NCBI GenBank assembly: GCA_963707865.1
Contig: OY970175.1
Location: forward strand, 208,748-272,747
From: an uncultured bacterium
GTDB taxonomy: Bacteria; Patescibacteriota; Minisyncoccia; UBA6257; 2-01-FULL-56-20
DNA length: 64,000 nt
Direction of reading: 5' to 3'
Positions 18,909 to 27,970 of the stretch are shown piece by piece. The position numbers and the translations under genes are program-made. Positions within the stretch are counted from its first letter, which is position 1. Each line of letters starts with the position of its first letter. The notes beneath the pieces are model-generated. The model had not been told where the DNA came from and ran no database searches. It was given only the letters and a program-made list of their open reading frames with translations.

Positions 18909-19262
18909 TTAACCGGTCAGTGGACCCACTTTTTCCTCTTCGTCTTTGTTCTCGCGGAATCCGCCGGCCTGGATACTCCACAGTTTTTGGTAAAGGCCGC
19001 CCTGTGTGAGAAGGTCGCGATGGTTGCCGTGGGCGACAACCTTCCCGTTCTCAATGACCACAATGCGGTCCATCTTCATGATGGTGGAAAGGCGATGGGC
19101 GATTACAATGACAGTCTTTCCTTTCATGAGCGTTTGGAGGGCATCCTGAATAAGGGCTTCGGATTCAGAGTCCAAACTTGACGTTGCCTCGTCCAAGACG
19201 AGGATAGGCGCGTTTTTGAGGATCGCACGGGCGATAGCCACCCTTTGGCGTTCGCCGCCAAA
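18909..19262 (-). pseudogene. C-terminal fragment of an ABC transporter ATPase (MsbA-like), truncated at the AT-rich island boundary
   Basis: [27 protein letters not shown]; no Walker A or TM domain. Confidence 0.8.
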
Positions 19263-19370
19263 GCGCACAAACGGGACTCTCTAGGGCATTTGGGACTCGT
19301 TCGGTTTGACTAACATTACCCCTTACCAATGCCTTTGACTAAATTGAAAAATAGTTGTAAGGTTTAAAAT

Positions 19371-19742
19371 ATGCCTAAAATAATCACAAAACCTACGAGA
19401 ATCGAAGAAAATGGCGATAAAATCAAAATCGTTGAAGAGTATATTGGATTAGCCAATAGTAAGGATAAAAACGTTAGCATTGCTCATATGCGTGCCCCTA
19501 CGGGCTGGAAAGACCTCGGACAATGCCCAGAGTTTGATGAATTTACTATTGTTTTAAATGGTGTCTTACAGGTCGAATTTAAAGGGGGATCAATCGATAT
19601 TAAAGCTGGTCAAGCCGCGATAATGCACAAAGGCGAATGGGTTCGTTATAGCAGTTCGGACCCAGATGGGGTGGAATATATTTCTGTATGTATGCCAGCT
19701 TTTTCTCCTCAGAAGGTTCATAAAGATATTTTAATGCATTAG
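19371..19742 (+). CDS. Cupin-fold protein (EutQ-like)
   Basis: SIAHMRAPTGW...PEFDEFTIVLNG...KAGQAAIMHKGEWVRYS. Confidence 0.8.
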   Translation: MPKIITKPTRIEENGDKIKIVEEYIGLANSKDKNVSIAHMRAPTGWKDLGQCPEFDEFTIVLNGVLQVEFKGGSIDIKAGQAAIMHKGEWVRYSSSDPDGVEYISVCMPAFSPQKVHKDILMH

Positions 19743-19798
19743 CGTTAAGATAAAATGATAAAATCGGCGAGAATAGAAATAATTTTTACTTAATTTAT

Positions 19799-20878
19799 AT
19801 GTCTAAAAAATTAGAAACAATTTCATGGATTATAAACAGCAGGTGTAATTTGGAATGTTTGCATTGTTATACTAAATCTATCCAAGGCAAAGAACTAAGG
19901 CCGGATTACTCTGAAAAAGATATAGCACTGATGGCAAAAAATATTGGTAGTGTAAATCCTAAGGTTGTTATTATTTCCGGCGGAGAACCCTTAATAGATA
20001 AAGACTTGCTAATTTTTTTAAGAGAGGCCCGCAAAATCGCTTCTGAAGAGTTATGGCTTTGCACTAATGGAATGTTGCTTTCTGATGAATTTGTGGAACT
20101 CTTGAAGAAAAAAGGTGTAAACGGCATAACCTTGAGTCTGCGTCATCCAAATCCGATAAAAGAAGCAGAAATTTCTCAAAATAACGGGATTCATGGAAGG
20201 GTATTGAAAGCTATAAAAAAAATAGAGCGGGCAGGCATACGTGTCGTGCTTGAAATGACGATAATGAAATCAAATTGTGATAGCATTGATGATTTTATAG
20301 ACTTATGCGCTTGCAACAAAGTGGACACTATAATGTTTAAAAGATTTAGACCGATTGGCCGAGGAGAAGAAAATAATTTGGCATTATCAAAAACAAAAAA
20401 TAAACAAGTATTGCACCACATTTTTTTAAGGGCGAAAAGCAATCCAAAGCTAAATATAAGAGTGCATGATCCGTTGTATAGTTTAGAAATTTATGAGCAC
20501 TTTAAAAATAACAAAATAAAAACTAATGTTCCAGATTTTGATTTTTGTTCAAATATACAAACAGATGAAAATGAATCTCAGCGTTATTGGGGTTGCAGTG
20601 CAGGAATAGAATGGGTAGGCATAGACCCCCTTGGAAACGTCAGTCCATGTCCGCTTTTGTTGTATACGGGATTGGTTATCGGCAACATAAGAGAGAATAA
20701 ATTGTCAGAAATAATGAAAACATCTCCTGTCATAAAAGCATTGGAAGATGGCTATGAAAATGGGAAGTGCTCAAAGCGCAAGATTTGTGGCGGATGCCGG
20801 TCGCACGCCGCTGCAACAGGAAAGGGGTATCTTTCAAAAGATCCTATGTGTTTGCAAGAATGCGCAGAATGTTTTTAG
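19799..20878 (+). CDS. Radical SAM/SPASM enzyme (NirJ/Ahb/PqqE-like)
   Basis: CNLECLHC, SGGEP, CTNG; SPASM CSAG...VSPC...ICGGC...DPMC. Confidence 0.85.
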   Translation: MSKKLETISWIINSRCNLECLHCYTKSIQGKELRPDYSEKDIALMAKNIGSVNPKVVIISGGEPLIDKDLLIFLREARKIASEELWLCTNGMLLSDEFVELLKKKGVNGITLSLRHPNPIKEAEISQNNGIHGRVLKAIKKIERAGIRVVLEMTIMKSNCDSIDDFIDLCACNKVDTIMFKRFRPIGRGEENNLALSKTKNKQVLHHIFLRAKSNPKLNIRVHDPLYSLEIYEHFKNNKIKTNVPDFDFCSNIQTDENESQRYWGCSAGIEWVGIDPLGNVSPCPLLLYTGLVIGNIRENKLSEIMKTSPVIKALEDGYENGKCSKRKICGGCRSHAAATGKGYLSKDPMCLQECAECF

Positions 20879-20911
20879 TTAAACTGAACCTTATTTACCC
20901 TTGTTTATTAT

Positions 20912-22606
20912 ATGAAAAAAGAAATTGCCTCTCTTATAAAAGAAAAATTAAAATCAATAACAGATATAGATATAAATGAAGAAGAATTAGTCGGTAAAAT
21001 TGAAATACCACCCAATAAAGAATTGGGTGATTTTGCATTCCCATGTTTTTTTGTTGCTAAAAAGGTATCTATGAGTCCCCACACCTTAGCTCTTAAATTA
21101 AAAGAACTGTTTGCTGACGTTAGCGAGTTCAATGAGGTCAAGGTAATTGGTCCATATTTAAATTTATTTGTAGATAAGGTCAATTTTACTAAAAGAGTTT
21201 TGTCAGAAATTGATCAAAATTTTTCAACTACAATTTCTGATGCAAGTAAAAGAATTGTCATAGAATTTCCATCGCCAAATACTAATAAACCATTACATCT
21301 TGGACATTTAAGAAATATGGCAATAGGCGAATCACTAGCCAGAATATTGGAAAGTAATGGCAACAAGGTGTTTAGAGTTAATTTGTTTAACGATAGAGGG
21401 ATTCATATTTGTAAGTCGATGTTGGCTTATAAAAAATTTGGGGGGAATAAGGAACCAGACAAAAAACCAGATCATTTTGTTGGCGACTATTATATAAAAT
21501 TTAACGATCTCGCAAAAGAAAATGATAACTATAATAAAGAGGCGCAAGAAATGCTTCTTCAATGGGAAAGCGGTAATGAGGAGGTTAGATCTCTTTGGAG
21601 AAAAATGAACGCATGGGCGTATCAAGGACTTAAACAAACGTTCGAATTGTTCGGTATCAAGCATGATAAATATTATTATGAAAGTGAAATATTTAATCAC
21701 GCTAAAGAACTTGTTTTGGAAGGACTAAGATCGGGCGTTTTTAAAAAACGAGATGATGGTGCTGTAATTATGGACTTAACCGAAGATGGACTAGACGAAA
21801 AGGTGCTCTTGCGGCCAGATGGTACCACGGTTTACATGACCCAAGATTTATATCTGATAAAATTAAAAGATATGGATTATAACCCGGATAAATCCATTTA
21901 CATTGTTGGGAACGAACAAGATTATCACTTTAAAGTGCTATTCCTTATAGTAAAAAAAATGGGCTGGAAACAACAATTAAAGCATTTATCATATGGAATA
22001 GTAGCACTGCCAGAAGGTAGAATGAAATCACGGGAAGGCAATGTTGTGAACGCCGATGATTTAATAGAAACGGTTACACAGCTTGCAAAGAAAGAATGTG
22101 TTGATCGCAATAAGAATATCAGTAAAGATGAGCTAGAATATAGAAGTAAAAAAATCGCATTAGCCGCCATAAAATATACCCTACTTAAACCTAATATATT
22201 TAACGATATGGTTTTTGATCCCAAGAAGTCAATTAGCTTTGACGGAGATACTGGACCATATTTACTTTATTCTTATGCGCGCGCCTCTTCTATACTAGAA
22301 AAAAGCGAGACTGAAAACAAAAACCAATCCCAAGATATAAAGAGAATAGATGTTTATGAACACGAACTAGTTAAAAAAATTAGTAATTTCCATGAAATAA
22401 TAAAAAGTGCAGCAGATGAATTAAATCCTTCAATTGTTGCTCATTATTCCTTTGATTTAGCTAAAACATTTAATGAGTTTTATCACGCCTGTCCCGTACT
22501 AAAATCTGACAATGAGGATATTAGAATAAAATTAGTTAAGGCATTTTATGTCATCTTTAAAAAATCCCTTTATTTATTAGGTATAGATGCATTGGAAAAA
22601 ATGTAA
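20912..22606 (+). CDS. argS: Arginine--tRNA ligase (full length, foreign composition)
   Basis: GDFAFPCF N-domain, SPNTNKPLHLGH (HIGH), MKSREGN, GDTGPYLLYSYAR, FNEFYHACPVL DALR domain. Confidence 0.92.
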   Translation: MKKEIASLIKEKLKSITDIDINEEELVGKIEIPPNKELGDFAFPCFFVAKKVSMSPHTLALKLKELFADVSEFNEVKVIGPYLNLFVDKVNFTKRVLSEIDQNFSTTISDASKRIVIEFPSPNTNKPLHLGHLRNMAIGESLARILESNGNKVFRVNLFNDRGIHICKSMLAYKKFGGNKEPDKKPDHFVGDYYIKFNDLAKENDNYNKEAQEMLLQWESGNEEVRSLWRKMNAWAYQGLKQTFELFGIKHDKYYYESEIFNHAKELVLEGLRSGVFKKRDDGAVIMDLTEDGLDEKVLLRPDGTTVYMTQDLYLIKLKDMDYNPDKSIYIVGNEQDYHFKVLFLIVKKMGWKQQLKHLSYGIVALPEGRMKSREGNVVNADDLIETVTQLAKKECVDRNKNISKDELEYRSKKIALAAIKYTLLKPNIFNDMVFDPKKSISFDGDTGPYLLYSYARASSILEKSETENKNQSQDIKRIDVYEHELVKKISNFHEIIKSAADELNPSIVAHYSFDLAKTFNEFYHACPVLKSDNEDIRIKLVKAFYVIFKKSLYLLGIDALEKM

Positions 22607-22615
22607 AATTGATTT

Positions 22616-23680
22616 ATGCCTCATTGTAAAAAAAATTGTATTAGCTTATTCGTTACAAATCAATGCAATTTATCCTGCCGGTATTGTTATTGTGAGAAAA
22701 AATCGGAAAAGCAGTCTATCAATATTGATTTTGCTAAAGCGGGCATTAACGATTTTTATTTAAATTTCGGCCATATTTATTTGCGCCTTTTCGGTGATGG
22801 AGAGCCAACTTTAGAATTTAAAAAAATTAAGTCCATTATTTCGTTTGCAAGAAAAAAAGATAAAAATGCCATAATCGAATTACAAACCAATGGCTTTTTC
22901 CCTAAAAAAATTGCCGATTATATAACTAAAAACATAGATATTGTTTGGATATCTTGTGATGGAGTACCAGAAATTCAAAATTATTATAGGCCCACTATAA
23001 ATAATACCCCGACAAGCACGATTGTCGAAAAAAATATCCGTTATTTAACTAAAAAAATTAGGACGCTAGGAATCAGAATTACCATTGGCAATAAAAATGT
23101 AAAACGACAAAAAGAAATCATCGACTATTTCAAAGATCTAGGAGTAAAATATATCTATACGGATCTATTATTTAAGCCAATAAAAAATAAATTGGGTGTT
23201 GAAGGCACGAGTCCTTTAAATTATGCCAAGCAATTTATTGTTGCTAAAAAATATGCCGAACGAAACAATATTTTTTACGGCTCTTTTTTTGAAATAAATT
23301 TTGATGGTAAAACTGATATTCACTGCAGAGCATGCAATCCATCACCTCACCTAACTTCTGATGGGTATGTTACCTGCTGTGATATGGCTTATAACGGAAC
23401 GACCTTTCCCGTTATGGTATACGGAAAATACGATCCTAAAACCAAATCAATTGTTTATTACGAAGATAAAATAAAGGTAATTCAATCGAGGCGAGTTGAC
23501 AATATTCAAGAATGTAAAAATTGCGAAATTAGATATAACTGTGCTGGGGGTTGTTTGGGCGAAGCTCTTAATGAATCGGGATCCATTTTTAGTATTAAAA
23601 AAGAAAATTGCAGAGCAATTAAATTTCTCGCCAAGCGATTGCCTTTAAATAAAAAAAAATTACCAGTTTTTCATCCATAA
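22616..23680 (+). CDS. Radical SAM/SPASM enzyme (anSME-like)
   Basis: CNLSCRYC, GDGEPTL, QTNG; CKNCEIRYNCAGGC. Confidence 0.85.
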   Translation: MPHCKKNCISLFVTNQCNLSCRYCYCEKKSEKQSINIDFAKAGINDFYLNFGHIYLRLFGDGEPTLEFKKIKSIISFARKKDKNAIIELQTNGFFPKKIADYITKNIDIVWISCDGVPEIQNYYRPTINNTPTSTIVEKNIRYLTKKIRTLGIRITIGNKNVKRQKEIIDYFKDLGVKYIYTDLLFKPIKNKLGVEGTSPLNYAKQFIVAKKYAERNNIFYGSFFEINFDGKTDIHCRACNPSPHLTSDGYVTCCDMAYNGTTFPVMVYGKYDPKTKSIVYYEDKIKVIQSRRVDNIQECKNCEIRYNCAGGCLGEALNESGSIFSIKKENCRAIKFLAKRLPLNKKKLPVFHP

Positions 23681-23689
23681 TTTAAAGTA

Positions 23690-24589
23690 ATGAGAATATT
23701 GTATTTAGTAGCAACAAATAAATGTACCCTATCATGTAGCTATTGTTTTTATAATACGGGCCTTTCTAAAAAAAGTTTATCTGATATAAAAACAGAAAAA
23801 ATCTTAGGAAAAGTAAAGTCGCTCTCAAAATATTTTGATCATGTTATTTTTACTGGCGGAGAGGCATTGCTTATAAAGGATATATTTTTACTAGCTTCAG
23901 AGTTTAAAAAGAATAAAGTTAAAACAAGCATTATAACTAACGGAACTCTATTAACTCATGATATTTGTAACAAAATATCTTCTGTATTTGATAAGGTGTC
24001 CCTTTCTTTAGATTCTCTTGATTCAAAACTAAATGATCTAACTAGGGGAAAATCTTCTATTGTAAGAAATGGGTTGAATAATTTGTTAAACGTTAGGTCA
24101 GAAAGCCTTGAGATTGAAATAATACAGACAATTACGGCTGTAAATTATGAATCCATTGATGAGATGATAAAGTTTTGTAATGAAAAAAACATAAAACTTT
24201 GGCTTCCGCCAGTAGATTTAAATTATAATAACCCGTTTTCTCTTAAAAGATTAAATGCTGTTCAAGTGGATAAGTTAAAAAAAAATTTTAAAAGATGGAT
24301 TAAGTTTAAGTCCGGCAATGATAAAAAAGAACAAATTGCTTTAAGCGACTTTTTGAATAATATAGAAAGTTTATTGCAAGACAAATCGATACAGATTCCT
24401 TGCAAGATGGGAGTTGAAAATTTTGTGTTAGATCCTGATGGTAACATATATGCGTGTTTTTTTAGGAAAGATCTATTTTTTGGTAACTTATATAAAGATA
24501 AATTATCGCAAATAATGAAAAAAATTCCTGGAAAAGACATATTAAGCAATTGTGTTAGTTTGGGTTGTTTATCTTGTACAGATTTTTAA
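23690..24589 (+). CDS. Radical SAM enzyme with twitch/SPASM-like tail
   Basis: CTLSCSYC, TGGEA, ITNG; CKMG...DGNIYAC...C..GCLSC. Confidence 0.85.
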   Translation: MRILYLVATNKCTLSCSYCFYNTGLSKKSLSDIKTEKILGKVKSLSKYFDHVIFTGGEALLIKDIFLLASEFKKNKVKTSIITNGTLLTHDICNKISSVFDKVSLSLDSLDSKLNDLTRGKSSIVRNGLNNLLNVRSESLEIEIIQTITAVNYESIDEMIKFCNEKNIKLWLPPVDLNYNNPFSLKRLNAVQVDKLKKNFKRWIKFKSGNDKKEQIALSDFLNNIESLLQDKSIQIPCKMGVENFVLDPDGNIYACFFRKDLFFGNLYKDKLSQIMKKIPGKDILSNCVSLGCLSCTDF

Positions 24590-24598
24590 ATGAAAAAG

Positions 24599-24629
24599 GA
24601 TACCCAAGGACTGTAAAGGCGTGGGTATC
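24599..24629. terminator. Hairpin between convergent island operons
   Basis: GATACCCA...TGGGTATC. Confidence 0.4.
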
Positions 24630-24659
24630 TATATCCAACTCCGTGATAAATTTGTTTTT

Positions 24660-25538
24660 TTAACTATACTTTTCTATTTTTTTAAGATCTTTTTCTCGAT
24701 TTTGTGCAATCAAAATCTCTTTTAGTGTTGCGTTAAAGTTATCAAATAGGTTATTTTGAGTTAGTATTTCATTTTTATTTTTTTCGTTAGCAGTTATTAT
24801 TACTTCACCGTTTGGTCTAACGATTATTTCCGGGTTGACAGTGTCGTTTGCTTCGCGGGTAACTTTTATTTTTCCTGAAAATTTTTTCTTTAGTTTATCT
24901 ACTTTTTCATTAAAGTCAGATGTTTCAATTAGCATTGTATCTAAGATGGGATCGCTTTCTCCCTTTCCCAATCTTCGAATTTGGTATAGTTTCCAGATAC
25001 TTTCGTTTTCTCTTATTCTTTTTTCATAGTTTAGTTTTAGCAAGAGGTTTCCTATGTTTTCCAAGTCATCAAAGTTTTGTTTAAATACGCAGGTCCCGAT
25101 TTTTAGTTTTATTTGAGGATATTTTTCAAGTATGTACTTTATTGAACTTATTGATCTTTCAAATCCTCTTTTGCCACGCCGGAAATCTATTTCTGGGCTT
25201 GATGCTTCAAGTGAGATCGCGATTGTGTTTAGGTATAGAGCTACCTTCGGCATTAGTTTAATCAGATTCGCGCCGTTTGTTTGCAAAACAATGTCTAAGC
25301 CCAGTTCTTTTTTGGCATATTTTATGAATTCGTATATTTTTGGGACCAAGGTAGGTTCTCCTCCAGTTAGTATTATTTTGGTGAGTCCAAATAATCTTAG
25401 TTTTTTTATAGCCTGTTTAAAATCATTTAGAGGTCTGTTTTCGATTTCTATTGGTGGCCCCCAACAGCCTGGGCAGTTTGCATCGCAACTACTTGTTACC
25501 TCTAAGTGAACGACAGGAGTTATAGTTAATTTTTGCAT
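24660..25538 (-). CDS. Radical SAM enzyme, viperin-like, no SPASM
   Basis: CDANCPGC, TGGEP, QTNG, IAISLE, KLKIGTCVFKQN and WKLYQ resemble viperin KINSV..N and WKVFQ. Confidence 0.7.
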   Translation of the reverse strand: MQKLTITPVVHLEVTSSCDANCPGCWGPPIEIENRPLNDFKQAIKKLRLFGLTKIILTGGEPTLVPKIYEFIKYAKKELGLDIVLQTNGANLIKLMPKVALYLNTIAISLEASSPEIDFRRGKRGFERSISSIKYILEKYPQIKLKIGTCVFKQNFDDLENIGNLLLKLNYEKRIRENESIWKLYQIRRLGKGESDPILDTMLIETSDFNEKVDKLKKKFSGKIKVTREANDTVNPEIIVRPNGEVIITANEKNKNEILTQNNLFDNFNATLKEILIAQNREKDLKKIEKYS

Positions 25539-25578
25539 AAATAATTAGTAAATTTATAAATATTTAATTTTGTTGGTT

Positions 25579-26247
25579 TCATTTGCAATATTTTTTTGAG
25601 TAATTGTTTATTTTTTTTAAAATGTCTGGGTTTATTGTATAGTGTTGAGCATATTTTTGAATTAGACGGCGGGAGTTTGTAATTGAGTAGAAAGGTATCT
25701 TAAAATCTTCGCGTATTGATTTTTCAACTGTTTTTCCGTCACTCCTTGTTTCTAATCGGTTGGTGATTGAAATAACTGCTTGAATTTTTACGTTGAGTTT
25801 TAGCAATAGTTTTATGCACTTTCTTAAAGAATTCCCCGTTGTTACATCATCTTCGATTAAAACAAATTTTAGATTTTTCGGTACTGGCGTTACTGAGTAG
25901 TGCGTTTCTTTTGCTTGATATTTTTTCGGGTGTGATCGAAGTACTATTTGTGGAACTGTTGAAGGTTTTTTGTAATTTATTAGTGTATTTAAAACAATAG
26001 CTATTGGTGTTCCGGTTTCGGGGACCCCTAAGTAAGCATCTGGCTTTAAATTATTCTTTTTTGTGTAGGCATAGATATGCCTACACAATTTTTTCAAAGA
26101 TTCGGAGTTTTTCATGCTGTTTCTGATGTCCACATCATAATAGCTGATTCTTCCAGACTTAAGTTTGATTGGTTTTTTATTTATTATTAAGCAATCGTTA
26201 TCTAAGAGAAACTTTTCAAATTTTTCTAGTTCGAACATAATTACCAT
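25579..26247 (-). CDS. Type I phosphoribosyltransferase, PyrE-like paralog
   Basis: LKSGRIS, GVPETG and PRPP loop VLIEDDVTTGNS. Confidence 0.8.
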   Translation of the reverse strand: MVIMFELEKFEKFLLDNDCLIINKKPIKLKSGRISYYDVDIRNSMKNSESLKKLCRHIYAYTKKNNLKPDAYLGVPETGTPIAIVLNTLINYKKPSTVPQIVLRSHPKKYQAKETHYSVTPVPKNLKFVLIEDDVTTGNSLRKCIKLLLKLNVKIQAVISITNRLETRSDGKTVEKSIREDFKIPFYSITNSRRLIQKYAQHYTINPDILKKINNYSKKYCK

Positions 26248-26405
26248 TTATGAATGATTGTAAGGGAATTTACCTTTATTTATTGATAGATGTTTTGCAA
26301 GATATCTGATTGCTTTATGGAACTTCTGTAATATTACAATTTTATATTATCTTTTTATTTTTGTCAAATTAAAATTCAGCTCAACCTAAGGTTTTAAAAT
26401 TTTAC

Positions 26406-26512
26406 TGAACATACTACCGCCTGGAAGGCGGCAGGTTCACCGAGCGGCCGTCAATTTGAAATTGACTGTTGTCTTCCACCGGTTCGCCCTCTTGCTCCTT
26501 GATGTAGTCCCT
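26406..26512 (-). mobile_element. IS200/IS605 tnpA 3' remnant with right-end hairpin
   Basis: Encodes DYIKEQEGEPVEDNSQFQID, then hairpin CTGCCGCC-ttcca-GGCGGTAG and TTCA end. Confidence 0.5.
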
Positions 26513-26513
26513 G

Positions 26514-26746
26514 TCGAAAGATGTTTCTGAAGAGAAGGTGAGTAAAACAATAACGAAATCGATTGGGCCACTATTAATCGAAGGGCCAGTGCTTTTCGAC
26601 CGCTTTCCGAAGAATGTCGCGTGTCTCTTGCCTTCCGCCAAGTTTTTCAATCTTATGAGAGAACCCTCTCCGATGAAGAAGTGAACGGAATAATGAACGA
26701 AGTAATTGCAGCGCTGGAAGGAAAGGGGTAGGAGGTGAGAAAGTAG
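26514..26746 (+). pseudogene. pheT: pheT C-terminal (ferredoxin-fold anticodon-binding domain) fragment
   Basis: GPLLIEGPVLFDRF(frameshift)RVSLAFRQVFQSYERTLSDEEVNGIM...KG*EVRK. Confidence 0.65.
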
Positions 26747-26750
26747 CCAA

Positions 26751-26954
26751 TCACCCTTTAATTTCTATGGCTCTTCTTGGGCAGCTTCTCTCTGCCATCT
26801 TTAGACAGACCATAAACTTTTTGTTTGATGTGAGTGCGGGAGGCACGGTTCTACGAACCTTAATTCCATTTTCGCCATAGGAAAAGACTTCGGGGCATAT
26901 GCTTACGCACGTACCGCACTGAGCGCACTTGCGTTTGTGATAGACAATTTTCAT
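26751..26954 (-). CDS. Single-cluster ferredoxin
   Basis: CAQCGTCVSICP...CPRRAI. Confidence 0.8.
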   Translation of the reverse strand: MKIVYHKRKCAQCGTCVSICPEVFSYGENGIKVRRTVPPALTSNKKFMVCLKMAERSCPRRAIEIKG

Positions 26955-27052
26955 TTGCTGTTGGCTTTGTTGCTTCTCGCCTGATAACGACATTTTAAAA
27001 TGGAATCGTGCTATTGTATAGGATGAAAATAGTTCAACGCATGGCTGGCATG

Positions 27053-27970
27053 TTAAAGCACCGAGCGGAGAAGCGCCATCCGGACGTAGACGCCGTTCTT
27101 GGTCTGCCGGAAGTATGCCGCCCGCACGTCGTCATCCACTTCCTTTGCGATCTCATTCACGCGGGGCAGGGGATGCACGATGATGGCCTCCTTCTTTAGT
27201 ACGCGAAGCACTCCGCTGTCTATCGTGTATGAATCTTTTACCTTGTTATATTCTGCTTCCGATTGGAACCGTTCTTTTTGCACCCGCGTGACCGAAAGCA
27301 CATCGGTCTTCCCCGCGATTGTTTTGATATCCGCTGATTCCTCCAGTGGGATATTGTGCTCTTTGAGATATGCGACATATTCGTCGGGAAGCCGCAACTG
27401 CGGCGGCGTGACGCAATACACGCGCACGTTGCGGAAAAGGGGAAGAAGAAACGCGGTGGAGTGAACCGTGCGGCTGTAGCGCAGGTCGCCGACGAAGGTG
27501 ATCACAAGGTCATCCAATCTTCCGAGTTCCTTCTGGATGGTGTAGAGATCAAGGAGCGCCTGCGTGGGGTGTTCCTTGCTGCCATCGCCCGCGTTTATGA
27601 CAGGCACGGGTGAGGTGGATGCCATCCGTTCTGCGGCGCCCGCTTCGGGATGGCGAACGATGATTACGTTTGCATAGCCGCCGACCACGTGCGCCGTATC
27701 CTCCAGTGTTTCGCCTTTCTTCGCGGAAGAGAATTCCCCGGCGCTTTCGGCGGAGATGACATTGCCGCCGAGCTTGTACATCGCGGTTTCAAACGAGAAC
27801 CGAGTGCGCGTGCTCGGTTCGTAGAATATAGTAGCTGCAATCTTTCCGGCACATTCCGCAGAGAGCTTCCCTTCCTTGTCCCGCCCTTCCATTTCTCCCG
27901 CGGTCCGGAAGAGCTCTTCAAGAAGCGGTCGATCAAGGAATTGTTTTGCGCTTAAAATGTGCTTCATCAA
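27053..27970 (-). CDS. pyrB: Aspartate carbamoyltransferase catalytic subunit
   Basis: FYEPSTRTRFSF, HPTQALLD, HPLPR. Confidence 0.95.
   Translation of the reverse strand: MMKHILSAKQFLDRPLLEELFRTAGEMEGRDKEGKLSAECAGKIAATIFYEPSTRTRFSFETAMYKLGGNVISAESAGEFSSAKKGETLEDTAHVVGGYANVIIVRHPEAGAAERMASTSPVPVINAGDGSKEHPTQALLDLYTIQKELGRLDDLVITFVGDLRYSRTVHSTAFLLPLFRNVRVYCVTPPQLRLPDEYVAYLKEHNIPLEESADIKTIAGKTDVLSVTRVQKERFQSEAEYNKVKDSYTIDSGVLRVLKKEAIIVHPLPRVNEIAKEVDDDVRAAYFRQTKNGVYVRMALLRSVL

Larger units (their letters stand above)
19270..26405. mobile_element. AT-rich horizontally acquired island
   Basis: Abrupt shift to very AT-rich sequence; bounded by a truncated ABC gene and by IS200/pheT debris. Confidence 0.8.

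Noticed and set aside
19273-19300. Twice-repeated GGGACTC at the island left border as an att site
   Set aside because: Too short, and no matching copy was seen at the right border
19270-26405. RiPP cluster or integron cassette array
   Set aside because: No precursor ORF fits the gaps, and no attC-like repeats or integrase were seen; a distant precursor cannot be excluded
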